Assembly: GCA_963702845.1 (NCBI GenBank) | Contig: OY969763.1 | Span: 5,312,001 to 5,376,000, forward strand | Reading direction: 5' to 3' | Length of the DNA: 64,000 nt | Origin: an uncultured Verrucomicrobiae bacterium | Lineage (GTDB): Bacteria > Verrucomicrobiota > Verrucomicrobiia > Limisphaerales > Palsa-1400 | In this document: piece after piece, positions 50,776 through 60,246 of the stretch | How the letters are laid out: every line of letters begins with the position of its first letter | Position numbering within the stretch: position 1 is the first letter of the stretch | Notes under the pieces: model-generated | Told to the model about the DNA's origin: nothing | The model's input: the letters and a program-made list of their open reading frames with translations, nothing else | Databases searched by the model: none | Program-made: the position numbers and the translations under genes

Positions 50776-53073
50776 GTGCGCGTACCCGTCGTTTGCCGTC
50801 TGTTTATCGTCGTTGTAACGGTGCTGCGTCTTTGCGCTTCAGCTCAAAATTCGAACGTTGCGCGGCCCGCGTTCTGGGCTGCCGACGCTCCGGTCCGTTG
50901 TATCACTGAAGCGAACGGCCTCGTTTACATCGGCGGCGATTTCCATTATCTCGGATATAATGCCGGCGGCGGCTGGACGTTTGATTCAAGCTCTGGCGCG
51001 CCTGCTCCTTCGTTCCCTAAAATCGATGGTCGAGTCCTGGCCGCTATCGATGACCAAGCTGGCGGTTGGTTTCTAGGCGGCGAGTTCACCCACATCGGCA
51101 CCAACTCTTGTTCCTACATCGCACATCTGAAGGCGGACGGTTCACTCGATCCCGCGTGGCATTTCGGCGCGAACAATCCTGTGAATGTCCTTTTGCTCAA
51201 TGGTGGCACGTTGTTCGCTGGCGGTTCATTCACGCTGATCGGCGGCGCGACGCACAATCGTTTGGCCGCGCTGAACACCAATAACGGATTCGCGACATCT
51301 TGGTCGCCAAATTTGAACGACGCTGTTTACGCGATGGCGATAGGTTCGAACAATCTGATGTATATCGGTGGCGTTTTCACCAACATCAATGCCTCGTTGA
51401 AACGCCGCTGCGGTGCGATTGATCTTACCACTGGCATTTTGATCACGGGTTTTACGCCGACTCCAAATGCGCCGGTTGAAGCTCTCGCTTACGCGCCGGA
51501 TCGTTTGCTGGTTGGCGGCTCCTTTACGACAATCGGCGGCGCTACCCGGACTTATTTGGCTGCGGTGAATCCTACGAATGGCACCGCGCTGTCGTGGAAT
51601 CCTCATCCCGATAATTTGGTTCACGCCGTCTGCCTGAGCAGCAACATCGTTTACGTCGGCGGTGCTTTCGCCAATGTGGGCGGTCAAGCGCGCGCTTCAA
51701 TCGCTGCTCTATCGCTGACCAACAATCTCGCCACCGCTTGGAATCCCAGCGCTAACGACCAGGTCTTTGCTCTGAAAGTATTTTCCAACTCGATTTATGC
51801 GAGTGGTCTGTTCACTAAAGTCGGCATCCAAAGCAGATATGGCGTCGCTTGCCTCGATACCAATCTCGGCCTACCGACGAGCTGGGTTGCCGACGCTGGA
51901 GGTCGCGGGTTCGCCGTCGGTGTTTCATCTTCGAATGTTTTTTTCGGCGGCAACATTCTGCTTCAAGGCAGCGGGCGAGAGCGCCTGGCAGCGATTGACG
52001 AATTAACTGGTCATGCCACTGCTTGGTCCCCTAACCCGAACTTTCCGGTTTTCACTTTAGCTGTCGCCAGCAATCTCGTTTATGCGGGCGGTGAATTTTC
52101 CAGTGTTGGCAACTTCACTCGCCTACACGTCGCGGCCATCGATTCAACAACCGGCATCCCCACTGCTTGGGCTCCAGATCCCGACAATGCCGTTTATTCC
52201 ATCCTGCCTACTCCATCCAAAATCTACATTGGTGGTCTATTTGCGAACATCGGCGGCCGACCTCGTGGTTTTTTGGCGGCTGTTGACCGAATTACCGGCA
52301 CTGCAACCACTTGGGACCCGGGAATGAATGGGAATGTCTACGTCTTGGGATTGCGCGGAAACTCACTCTATTGTGGCGGTTTTTTTACCTCTGCTGCCGG
52401 AATCAGCCGAAACTATATGGCTTCTTTTGACTCGCTTTCAGGTGATTTACTGCCTTTTAATGCGAACTGTAGCGATAAAGTTTACAATTTACTACTAAAT
52501 AACGGTCTGCTCTACATATCGGGTAATTTCGATTCCGTGGGCGGTGCAAACCAAAAGAAAGTCGCCGCTGTCGATCCTGTTTCGGGTTCCTTGGTTGATT
52601 GGAATCCTAATGCTACTGGAGTAGGCATCTACGCTTTGGCGGCCAGCCGATACTACTTTTTTGTCGGTGGCGACTCGCTTTTTATTAATGGCGATGCCCG
52701 CCAATTGGGCGCTTTTTCCGCTCGCTCGTCGATCGCCACAGCTTGGAATCCAGGTGCTGATGGTGGCCCGGTGGATCAATTTGCTTTGGGCGCGGATGGG
52801 ACTTTGTTTGTCGCCGGTGAATTCACAAGTATCGCTGGCGAAAATCGACCTTACCTGGCTGCTTTCGATCGCACCGGTCCACCTGATTTCGAAATTCCAA
52901 AAACTTCCTCACCACCCGTGTTCACGTTAACCGGAAATCCTGGTCAAAGTTACGTCATCGAAGCCTCACCGGATTTTATTTCGTGGTCTCCTGTCGTCAC
53001 CAACGTCGGTTGTTTTTCATTTTCAGTTACAAATTTTTCTTCGTCTTTATACTACCGATCTCGTAGCCCGTAA
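50776..53073 (+). CDS. Secreted beta-propeller repeat protein with a short C-terminal domain
   Basis: About 13 repeats of V-x-A/L...Y-x-GGxF...R..LAA.D...G....W.P; C-terminal FTLTGNPGQSYVIEAS...W...YYR. The start is uncertain. Confidence 0.8.
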   Translation: MRVPVVCRLFIVVVTVLRLCASAQNSNVARPAFWAADAPVRCITEANGLVYIGGDFHYLGYNAGGGWTFDSSSGAPAPSFPKIDGRVLAAIDDQAGGWFLGGEFTHIGTNSCSYIAHLKADGSLDPAWHFGANNPVNVLLLNGGTLFAGGSFTLIGGATHNRLAALNTNNGFATSWSPNLNDAVYAMAIGSNNLMYIGGVFTNINASLKRRCGAIDLTTGILITGFTPTPNAPVEALAYAPDRLLVGGSFTTIGGATRTYLAAVNPTNGTALSWNPHPDNLVHAVCLSSNIVYVGGAFANVGGQARASIAALSLTNNLATAWNPSANDQVFALKVFSNSIYASGLFTKVGIQSRYGVACLDTNLGLPTSWVADAGGRGFAVGVSSSNVFFGGNILLQGSGRERLAAIDELTGHATAWSPNPNFPVFTLAVASNLVYAGGEFSSVGNFTRLHVAAIDSTTGIPTAWAPDPDNAVYSILPTPSKIYIGGLFANIGGRPRGFLAAVDRITGTATTWDPGMNGNVYVLGLRGNSLYCGGFFTSAAGISRNYMASFDSLSGDLLPFNANCSDKVYNLLLNNGLLYISGNFDSVGGANQKKVAAVDPVSGSLVDWNPNATGVGIYALAASRYYFFVGGDSLFINGDARQLGAFSARSSIATAWNPGADGGPVDQFALGADGTLFVAGEFTSIAGENRPYLAAFDRTGPPDFEIPKTSSPPVFTLTGNPGQSYVIEASPDFISWSPVVTNVGCFSFSVTNFSSSLYYRSRSP

Positions 53074-53337
53074 TCAGCCTGATGGCCTATCAGGCCTTCA
53101 CTTAAGGCGGTCTCAGTAACTACGCCAACAGTGTGTTAATGGTATGTGAATGAGTTGTGCCGAGTGCGAACAACTATGAGTTTGGACTTTTCTCAAAGAC
53201 GATCCGTCGTTGTATACCCACAAGATTTTTGTTCTAAGTGGTTGTGCCAACCTTGACAGGGTGAGTTGTTTGCCTTATTCACACGGCTTAATAATAGTGA
53301 TTCTTTCAGGTACAGAAAGAGTACTATTAAGAGCGCC
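53074..53337. other. Candidate replication origin (oriC)
   Basis: AT-rich gap before dnaN with DnaA-box-like 9-mers at 53145-53153 (TGTGAATGA), 53214-53222 (ATACCCACA) and 53275-53283 (TTATTCACA), then CGGC and six consecutive NTN triplets (53288-53305). Confidence 0.6.
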
Positions 53338-54447
53338 ATGAATTTATCCATCTCCAAGGAACAACTGATCCACGGTTTGCAGTCAGTTCAAAACATCGTA
53401 AGCTCGCGCTCGACGCTGCCGATTCTGTCGAACGTGCTTCTGCGCGCGGAAGGAAACCGCCTGGAGCTGACCGCAACCGATCTCGATGTCACCGTCAGTT
53501 GCTCAGTGGAAGCGAACGTCAAGAAACCCGGCGCAACCACTGTGCCGGTGAAAAAGCTGTTCGGGATTGTCAAAGAATTGACCAGTCCGGAGATTGAATT
53601 TGAAGTGGACGATAAGAACGCAGCATCGATTCGCGCGGGAGCGTCGTTCTACAAAATTCACGGCTTGAGCGCTGATGAATTTCCGCCCATCCAGAAGTTC
53701 AAAGAAAATAAAAAAATCGCTCTGCCGCAGGACAAGTTGAAGAACATGCTGCGCAAGACTTCGTTCGCCATTTCGACCGACGAATCGCGCTACGTCTTGA
53801 ACGGAATTTACCTCAGCCTCAAAGATCACAAGGTCACGATGGTCGCTACCGATGGCCGTCGTTTGGCGCTGGTCGACGAGGAAGCAGATGTGCCGGCGGA
53901 TAGCCAGGGCGAGTTCATCATTCCCACCAAAGCCGTCAACGAACTGAATCGCTTGTTGCAAGGCAAAGGCGAAGTGGAATTGAAGTTCACTCAGAACCAG
54001 GTCGCATTGACGCTGAAGGATGAAAAAGGTTTTTCGATCCTGATTATTTCCAAGCTGGTAGAAGGCAATTACCCGAACTATCGCCAGGTCATCCCGACGG
54101 AAACAAAAGAACGCGTTCCATTGCCGCGAGAAGAATTTTTGGCTGCTCTGCGTCGCGCTCAAATCATGACGAGCGACAAGGCGAACTCGGTCAAACTGAA
54201 CCTGACGAAAAACAATCTCGCGATTACGGCCAATTCACCAGACGTCGGTGAAGCTCGTGAAAGCATGGCGATCAACTACAAGGGTCCCGACATGGCGATC
54301 GCTTTCAATCCCGCCTACATGATCGATCCGCTGAATGCCTTGAGCGAAGACGAAGTTTACCTCGAAGTGATTGACGAACTGAGCCCCGGCGTGTTGAAAA
54401 TCAACGGCCCGTTCCTTTACGTCGTGATGCCGATGCGCTTGAGCTAA
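53338..54447 (+). CDS. dnaN: DNA polymerase III beta sliding clamp
   Basis: TLPILSNVL, ATDLD, DESRYVLNG, VATDGRRLA, EGNYPNYRQVIP, YVVMPMR. Confidence 0.98.
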   Translation: MNLSISKEQLIHGLQSVQNIVSSRSTLPILSNVLLRAEGNRLELTATDLDVTVSCSVEANVKKPGATTVPVKKLFGIVKELTSPEIEFEVDDKNAASIRAGASFYKIHGLSADEFPPIQKFKENKKIALPQDKLKNMLRKTSFAISTDESRYVLNGIYLSLKDHKVTMVATDGRRLALVDEEADVPADSQGEFIIPTKAVNELNRLLQGKGEVELKFTQNQVALTLKDEKGFSILIISKLVEGNYPNYRQVIPTETKERVPLPREEFLAALRRAQIMTSDKANSVKLNLTKNNLAITANSPDVGEARESMAINYKGPDMAIAFNPAYMIDPLNALSEDEVYLEVIDELSPGVLKINGPFLYVVMPMRLS

Positions 54448-54606
54448 CGCTCGGACAAGACTTTGATTCACTGAAGAAGACTCGGATCCGGCGAACCGTC
54501 CTAAGACGAAACTGCGCGTCTGGTGAACAACCGGTGAACGGCCGGTGAAGAACTTCCAACAACATTAGCGTGAGCATCGGGCCAAGCCCGATAAACTCGC
54601 TCCGCT

Positions 54607-55485
54607 ATGTCAGAAAACTATCAACGGCTGCTCGACTCTACGATCGAACACCTCAAGTGGCTCAAAGCGTCCGGACGCCAATTTGTCGTGGTGCAGTCAC
54701 AGACGTTGAAAGACCTACAAGCGCCACCGCCATTGCCCCGAGTCCAATTTCGACCCGAACAACCGAAGCAGGAGGCACAACCAACCGCAGCACAACCAAA
54801 GCTGGCGGCTACGACTGGGGAACTCGTAGCCGCCAGGGTGACGAGCGACATCGAATCACCTCGGGCAAAAGCAATCGCTGAAATTCAAACGCGCGCGATG
54901 GCGTGTGTGAAGTGCCCGAACCTCGCGACGTCGCGCAAGAACGTGGTGTTCGGTGTTGGGAACGCAGATGCGGAACTGATGTTCGTTGGTGAAGCACCAG
55001 GAGCGGACGAAGACGCGCAGGGCGAACCGTTTGTCGGAGCAGCGGGACAGTTGCTCACGAAAATTATCAAAGCCATGGGACTGAGCCGCGAGACGGTTTA
55101 CATCGCGAACATTTTGAAATGCCGCCCGGATATGCCGCCACAAACTCCGGGAAATCGCAAGCCGACTGCGGACGAGATGAAGACGTGTATGCCGTATTTA
55201 CTGGAGCAGATCGACGTGATCAAACCGAAAGTTATCGTGGCACTAGGCGCGACGGCTGTGGAAGGGTTGCTCGGAAAAACGGAAGGCATCACGAAGCTGC
55301 GCGGCAGTTTTAAATCGTTTCGCGACACGCCGCTCATGCCGACGTTTCACCCCGCCTACTTGTTGCGCAATCAAGCTATGAGCGAGAAGCGCAAGGTTTG
55401 GGAGGATATGCTGCAAGTGATGGAAAAACTCAACCTGTCCGTCACGGAGAAGCAGCGCGGCTATTTCTTGAACGCTAGCGCTTGA
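54607..55485 (+). CDS. Family-4 uracil-DNA glycosylase ([4Fe-4S])
   Basis: CVKCPNL, FVGEAPGADED, PFVGAAGQLL, NILKCRP, TFHPAYLLR. Confidence 0.93.
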   Translation: MSENYQRLLDSTIEHLKWLKASGRQFVVVQSQTLKDLQAPPPLPRVQFRPEQPKQEAQPTAAQPKLAATTGELVAARVTSDIESPRAKAIAEIQTRAMACVKCPNLATSRKNVVFGVGNADAELMFVGEAPGADEDAQGEPFVGAAGQLLTKIIKAMGLSRETVYIANILKCRPDMPPQTPGNRKPTADEMKTCMPYLLEQIDVIKPKVIVALGATAVEGLLGKTEGITKLRGSFKSFRDTPLMPTFHPAYLLRNQAMSEKRKVWEDMLQVMEKLNLSVTEKQRGYFLNASA

Positions 55486-56866
55486 ACTTCCGGAACGTCC
55501 GGGCAAGACGACGGCGTGCGATCCCCTTCCAGAAACTGAATCGGCTCGGTCCAAACAGAACCGTCGGCGTGCCCGCGAAAAAGCTGCTGCGAATGTAACC
55601 GCGTCGACGCAGTTGGTCTTCCACAACACGCAAAGGCTCAGCATCACAAGCTCGCACCATCACGAAAGGCCGATCACGTTCAATCGTGCCGATGACGCCA
55701 AGCGAAAGTTCGGTTTGGGTATCACACTCGATTTTAATCAACGAGACGCGTTCACTGAGCAAGACTGGTGCGTCCTCTCGCACGGTCGCGTTCTGCGCCA
55801 AACCGTTCTCGGCAATGTTCAATTTCAACAAGCGCACGCTCTCCGGATGCGATTCGAACGCGACGACTTTCGCGCCAACAATCTTGCCAAAGAAAACGGA
55901 GTCGTTGCCGAACCGCGCGCCGACGTCCATGACAACGCAATAGCGAGGCAGCAGGAACGAGACGAATTCAAGCAGGTCCACGTCATAAAATGCGCGTGAG
56001 CGACGCACCTTATCGAACAGACGATCTCCTTCGAGACCGTGCAGAACGACGTCGGTTTGAGAGTTATCGACGGGTGAACGAAAGGTGAAACGGGCAGCGC
56101 CGGACGTCGTCGGTTCGACTGGCACGCAATCGGTTTCGAGCGCGCGTTTCCAATCTTCGCCCAATGTAAAACTGTTCAGATGCTGAGCATCGATGCGGCG
56201 CGATTTCCGATTCACCTCATTCGCGTAATTGGTGTCGTGAATGACTTGCAACCAACTGAACGACTGCCCAAAGCGGTCGGGTTCAAAGACGGGCGCGACC
56301 TCGTCCATTCTGCCGTGTTCAGCGTGCAAACAGGTTTTCAGGTCGCAGACCGGCGAAACCATGCTCAGAAACGCATTCACTTTGAACGACACCGCGAACA
56401 GCCCGTCTTTGCGGAGCTGACAGCCGTTACGGAAGTTGATGACACAATGTTTGTCGGGCGCTTGCTTTAACGCACACGAGAGAATGTTCGCCATGTAATC
56501 ATTGGCAATGGCATCGTCGTTATCCAAACGTGTGGTGACAACGCGCGCGATGGAAAGCTCCGCAGCGATGCGCTTGATTTCGTTGACGTAGATTTCTCCG
56601 GAATAACGCTCGGCCGTGAGCACGCGCGTAAGAGGAAATGGCTTGAGGCCTTCTCTCAATCGATCCATCCAGCGCGTCGGCGTCCGCGCGTCCATCAAGA
56701 TGAGCCAATAAAAGTTGAGCTGACGTTGAGCGAGGACCGACGGCAAACAAAAGTTTTCGAACAACGCAAACCGGTGCTCGAGCCATTTCGCGTTCAGCCC
56801 GAGAGGATCCGGCACAAAACCCGATGTGATGTTGAATCGGGTCAGGAGAAAGTGTGCCGTGTCCAT
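55475..56866 (-). CDS. Putative rhamnosyltransferase-like domain fused to a degenerate FkbM-type methyltransferase
   Basis: N-terminal HFLLTRFN...FCLPSV...TTRLDNDDA; C-terminal MDVGARFGNDSVFF...AFE...LIKIE. Confidence 0.7.
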   Translation of the reverse strand: MDTAHFLLTRFNITSGFVPDPLGLNAKWLEHRFALFENFCLPSVLAQRQLNFYWLILMDARTPTRWMDRLREGLKPFPLTRVLTAERYSGEIYVNEIKRIAAELSIARVVTTRLDNDDAIANDYMANILSCALKQAPDKHCVINFRNGCQLRKDGLFAVSFKVNAFLSMVSPVCDLKTCLHAEHGRMDEVAPVFEPDRFGQSFSWLQVIHDTNYANEVNRKSRRIDAQHLNSFTLGEDWKRALETDCVPVEPTTSGAARFTFRSPVDNSQTDVVLHGLEGDRLFDKVRRSRAFYDVDLLEFVSFLLPRYCVVMDVGARFGNDSVFFGKIVGAKVVAFESHPESVRLLKLNIAENGLAQNATVREDAPVLLSERVSLIKIECDTQTELSLGVIGTIERDRPFVMVRACDAEPLRVVEDQLRRRGYIRSSFFAGTPTVLFGPSRFSFWKGIARRRLARTFRKFKR

Positions 56867-56883
56867 GATGGGACGCGCTAAGA

Positions 56884-57651
56884 TTATTTGGCGACCGCTC
56901 CAAAAACCTTTTGCAAGAGATCGCTCGTGCGTGCGGCGGGATTTTGGCGAATGGCCGCTTCCTCGTTCGCGATCATCTTGAACAAGCCGTCGAGCGCTTT
57001 GGTCGTGACGTAAGCGTCGACGTCGAGCGACTCGGTTTTAGTGAAGCTACTCGCAAGCGAACCGAAGGAACCCAGGGAACCGGTGTAATCGCCCGCCTTC
57101 GACATGAACTTCTTATAGGCTGCCGTCGTGCCCGCTTTGTCGGTGGCGGCTTTGACAATCGGCGCGAATTTCTGCTGCAACGCCGCGCGCGTCTTCTTTT
57201 GAAAGTATAAAGTAGCGGCATTGGTGCTGCTGCTCAAAATGCTTTTGGCGTCATCGATCGACATCGAGCTGACCGCGTCACCGAAGACGCTAGCCGCTTC
57301 GGGTATAGCTGCTTCGGCGGCATGATTCATCGTGGCGATAAAGTTGTCAGCCAACGTGTCCTGCTTGGCTGCGCGCAGGCCTTTTTCGACGCTCTTTAGT
57401 TTGTCGGGGATCAAAATCTTCACGCTCGTATTGGTGAGGAATCCGCTGTCGTGTCCTAATTGCGCGATGGCGTTCTGAACGCCTTTGCCGAGCGCCTCTT
57501 TCAGACCTTGGACAAGCTGGTCCTGGCGAAGCGAAGCCGCCGCGCTTTTAGCGGTGGCGTTGTCGATAAGGGGAGTGAGCAGGTCGGTGTCGGCACGGAC
57601 ACCGGCGGTGAGGGCCAACGTTGCGAGGACGACAGCAAGGCGTATCTTCAT
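56884..57651 (-). CDS. DUF4197 family secreted protein
   Basis: GLKEALGKG, MNHAAEAA, AATLYF, YVTTKALDGLFKMIANEE..IRQNP, LLQKVFG. Confidence 0.88.
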   Translation of the reverse strand: MKIRLAVVLATLALTAGVRADTDLLTPLIDNATAKSAAASLRQDQLVQGLKEALGKGVQNAIAQLGHDSGFLTNTSVKILIPDKLKSVEKGLRAAKQDTLADNFIATMNHAAEAAIPEAASVFGDAVSSMSIDDAKSILSSSTNAATLYFQKKTRAALQQKFAPIVKAATDKAGTTAAYKKFMSKAGDYTGSLGSFGSLASSFTKTESLDVDAYVTTKALDGLFKMIANEEAAIRQNPAARTSDLLQKVFGAVAK

Positions 57652-57696
57652 CAGCCTGGGACTATGCCACGAACAACTTGTTGAAACAGCCAAAAA

Positions 57697-58473
57697 TCAA
57701 AGCTGCAACAGCCTCTCCGCATTTTTCGCGCGAATGGCCGCGAGCTGCGCGTCGTTCATGGCCGATTCCTTCAACTTCAACACAGCCGATTCGAAATAGT
57801 AAAACGGCGCGTGCGAACCGAACAGAATTCGGTCGAAGGGAATCTTTTCAGCAAGCGTGTTGATCCCGCCGACGCCTTCGCGCGTGGCGATATCGAAGCA
57901 AACATTTTTACTCGCGACCAGATGTTGCAGGTTCTTCATGCCGGTCCCGCGAAAGGTGTTGAGGATGACCACGCGCAGGTCCGGATGAGTTTTGAGCAAA
58001 CCAGCCAGAGGCGCGGTATCGACGTCTTTGACCTGCATGAGCGGATGTTGGGTGCGCTCATCTTCGATGCTGACGGCGACTTGCAGGATGATCCGGTGCT
58101 CGTCGCACAAGGCGAGCAGGCGCGCGAAATCCGGATGGTCGAGCTTGTAGCCGTGATAATTCGGGAACACGCGCAGGCCGCGCATCTGATGCTCTTCAAC
58201 GCAGCGGCGCACGTCGTCATCCCACGCGGGCAAGGTGATGTTCACCGTGCCGAACGGCAACAGGATGCCGTGACCGTGCTTGTGACATTCGTCGACCAGC
58301 CGCGCGTTGGCCCCGGCGATGTCTTTGTGCAACACACCATCGAACGTCCCGGCCCACGCTTGTGTGACGCCGTGATGACGCAGGATTTTGACGAGGTCTG
58401 CGGTGTCGTCGCCGTTCAATCGGCGAAAGGACCAGCGCGCGAGCGTGACGTTGGTGTCGATGAGATGCGTCAT
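57697..58473 (-). CDS. Amidohydrolase family 2 protein
   Basis: IDTN, GLRVFPNYHGY, RILFGSHAPF. Confidence 0.85.
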   Translation of the reverse strand: MTHLIDTNVTLARWSFRRLNGDDTADLVKILRHHGVTQAWAGTFDGVLHKDIAGANARLVDECHKHGHGILLPFGTVNITLPAWDDDVRRCVEEHQMRGLRVFPNYHGYKLDHPDFARLLALCDEHRIILQVAVSIEDERTQHPLMQVKDVDTAPLAGLLKTHPDLRVVILNTFRGTGMKNLQHLVASKNVCFDIATREGVGGINTLAEKIPFDRILFGSHAPFYYFESAVLKLKESAMNDAQLAAIRAKNAERLLQL

Positions 58474-59252
58474 GCCTGCATGCCTTTCGCGTGTAGTATC
58501 GGCAACATCATGCGCCGCAGGTTTGGGCCGAGGATAAGTTTCTTGGCCGATTCAGGAATGTCCGCCGCGTAAACTTTGGCCAGTTGCGACGCGAAACTGC
58601 GTCCGCCGGCGTCGCTGCCGTAAATGATTCGTTCCGCGCCGAGCTCGCGATAGGCCATTTCGGTGACGCCCGCCGTCGGATCGAATCCAGCGAGATCGAC
58701 CGAAACATTTTTCGAAGCGCGAATGGCGCGAATGCCCAGCTCCCAATCGCCGCCGGTATGGCCAAGAATCATCGGCACATTCGGATAACGACCCGCGAGC
58801 GCGGCCATGTCCAGCGGAGTGGATGAGCCGGGCCGATTGCCGGAAACAACCACCCACGTGTGTTGGAAAATGATCGCTTTCAACTCGGCGCAGCGTTCGA
58901 CAATCGGATCCAGATCGGGCGAATTGCAGCGCTCAGCCACCCACAGTTTGATGCCGACCATTGGACCGTCGCGAATGCAGCGGTTGATTTCGTCGAGACT
59001 TTCTTTGACGTATTTCGGATTGATGTAGGCAAACCCGAACGCGCGATGATGCCAATGGCTCAGTGCCTGGATGACTTCATCGTTCTGATTGCGAAAATCG
59101 GTCGGCGTCGGGTCATCGGACCATTTCATGCCCATGTAAACGCAGAGGCGATCGATGCCCATGCGATCGGCGTATTGGACGAGCGAATACATGCGCTCAT
59201 CCGGCGTGCGTCCGGGCACGGTAGCGATGTGGCAATGCAAATCCCAAATCAT
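58470..59252 (-). CDS. Amidohydrolase family 2 protein
   Basis: WDLHCH, GIKL, FQH, ILGHTGG, RIIYGSD; overlaps the next gene by 4 bp. Confidence 0.88.
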   Translation of the reverse strand: MIWDLHCHIATVPGRTPDERMYSLVQYADRMGIDRLCVYMGMKWSDDPTPTDFRNQNDEVIQALSHWHHRAFGFAYINPKYVKESLDEINRCIRDGPMVGIKLWVAERCNSPDLDPIVERCAELKAIIFQHTWVVVSGNRPGSSTPLDMAALAGRYPNVPMILGHTGGDWELGIRAIRASKNVSVDLAGFDPTAGVTEMAYRELGAERIIYGSDAGGRSFASQLAKVYAADIPESAKKLILGPNLRRMMLPILHAKGMQA

Positions 59253-59270
59253 CGGGGCAAGGCTACGCGC

Positions 59271-59440
59271 TAAACCCCAAAGGCTAAAAGGCAAAACCAC
59301 ACTCCGTAATTCACCACGGAACGCGGAAACACAGAGAAAAGGAGGAGAACCACACGCCGCGCCGACTTTATTTTCCCTCTCTGTGTCTTTATGGCCCCGA
59401 TGGTTTCTCGCCCAGTTTCAAATTTTAAATTTTAAATCCA
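59271..59440. repeat. Cluster of intergenic short repeats and palindromes
   Basis: AAGGCTA-like units near 59260-59295; ACACAGAGA (59329-59337) / TCTCTGTGT (59378-59386) inverted pair; AAATTTT heptamer units near 59419-59437. Confidence 0.5.
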
Positions 59441-59795
59441 AAACTGTTTGCTGCCACCCTGTTTCCACAGGCTCCAGGCGGCCTGCCGGAACGCCGAACT
59501 CCGATTCGGAGCGCCCAATTGTTCTTTGACAGATGCTCAAGGGTCAGCCGTCAATAAATCACTCAGTTAGGGCCTATTTCGAGTAATTTCGAACTAATTG
59601 GACCTGTTTCGACCTGGATTTTTAACCGGGAGCGGGCCAAACAGCGGCGTTTTGAGGCGAAGTGGACATTACCCATCCCCGTGTCCAATTCCCGCGTAAC
59701 TCAACTGAGAGTAGCGGCGGCCCAAAAACTGTCCTATTCGTCGCCGCGGGCCAGCCCCTATGGATATGTTTGATTGATTGGGCGATATTCCCACT

Positions 59796-60239
59796 ATGCA
59801 AGTGGTGAAGTGGATGAGTGTAGGATTGTTGTCTGTCGGGTTAGGAGCGGTGAGTGCGGATGCTTCGGACCAATTGAAGCCATCGAACTCTGCGGGAAAA
59901 ATCTCTGAACCTGCCGGGGCCGCGTCCAGTTCAGACGCGAATGCAGATAACACCGTGGAGAATAAACGCGATCGCGACGACGCAACGTTAACGCCGGGAG
60001 ACCAAGGCCACAGCAAAGCGGATCGGCAAATCACGGCGAAAATTCGGCGGGCGATCACGAAAGACAAGCAGCTCTCGACCACGGCGAAGAACATCAAAAT
60101 CATCACCGTCGATGGCAAGGTGACGTTGCGTGGCGCGGTCAAGACGGCAGAGGAACGTTCGACGATTGATAGCATCGTGCAACAGGCTGGCCCGAGTTCG
60201 TTGGATAACCAATTGGAAGTGGAACCACCAAAAAAATAG
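59796..60239 (+). CDS. BON domain protein (OsmY-like), secreted
   Basis: Signal peptide; ADNT..NKRDR, DRQITAKIRRAI, GKVTLRGAV, DNQLEV. Confidence 0.9.
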   Translation: MQVVKWMSVGLLSVGLGAVSADASDQLKPSNSAGKISEPAGAASSSDANADNTVENKRDRDDATLTPGDQGHSKADRQITAKIRRAITKDKQLSTTAKNIKIITVDGKVTLRGAVKTAEERSTIDSIVQQAGPSSLDNQLEVEPPKK

Positions 60240-60246
60240 GAATGTT

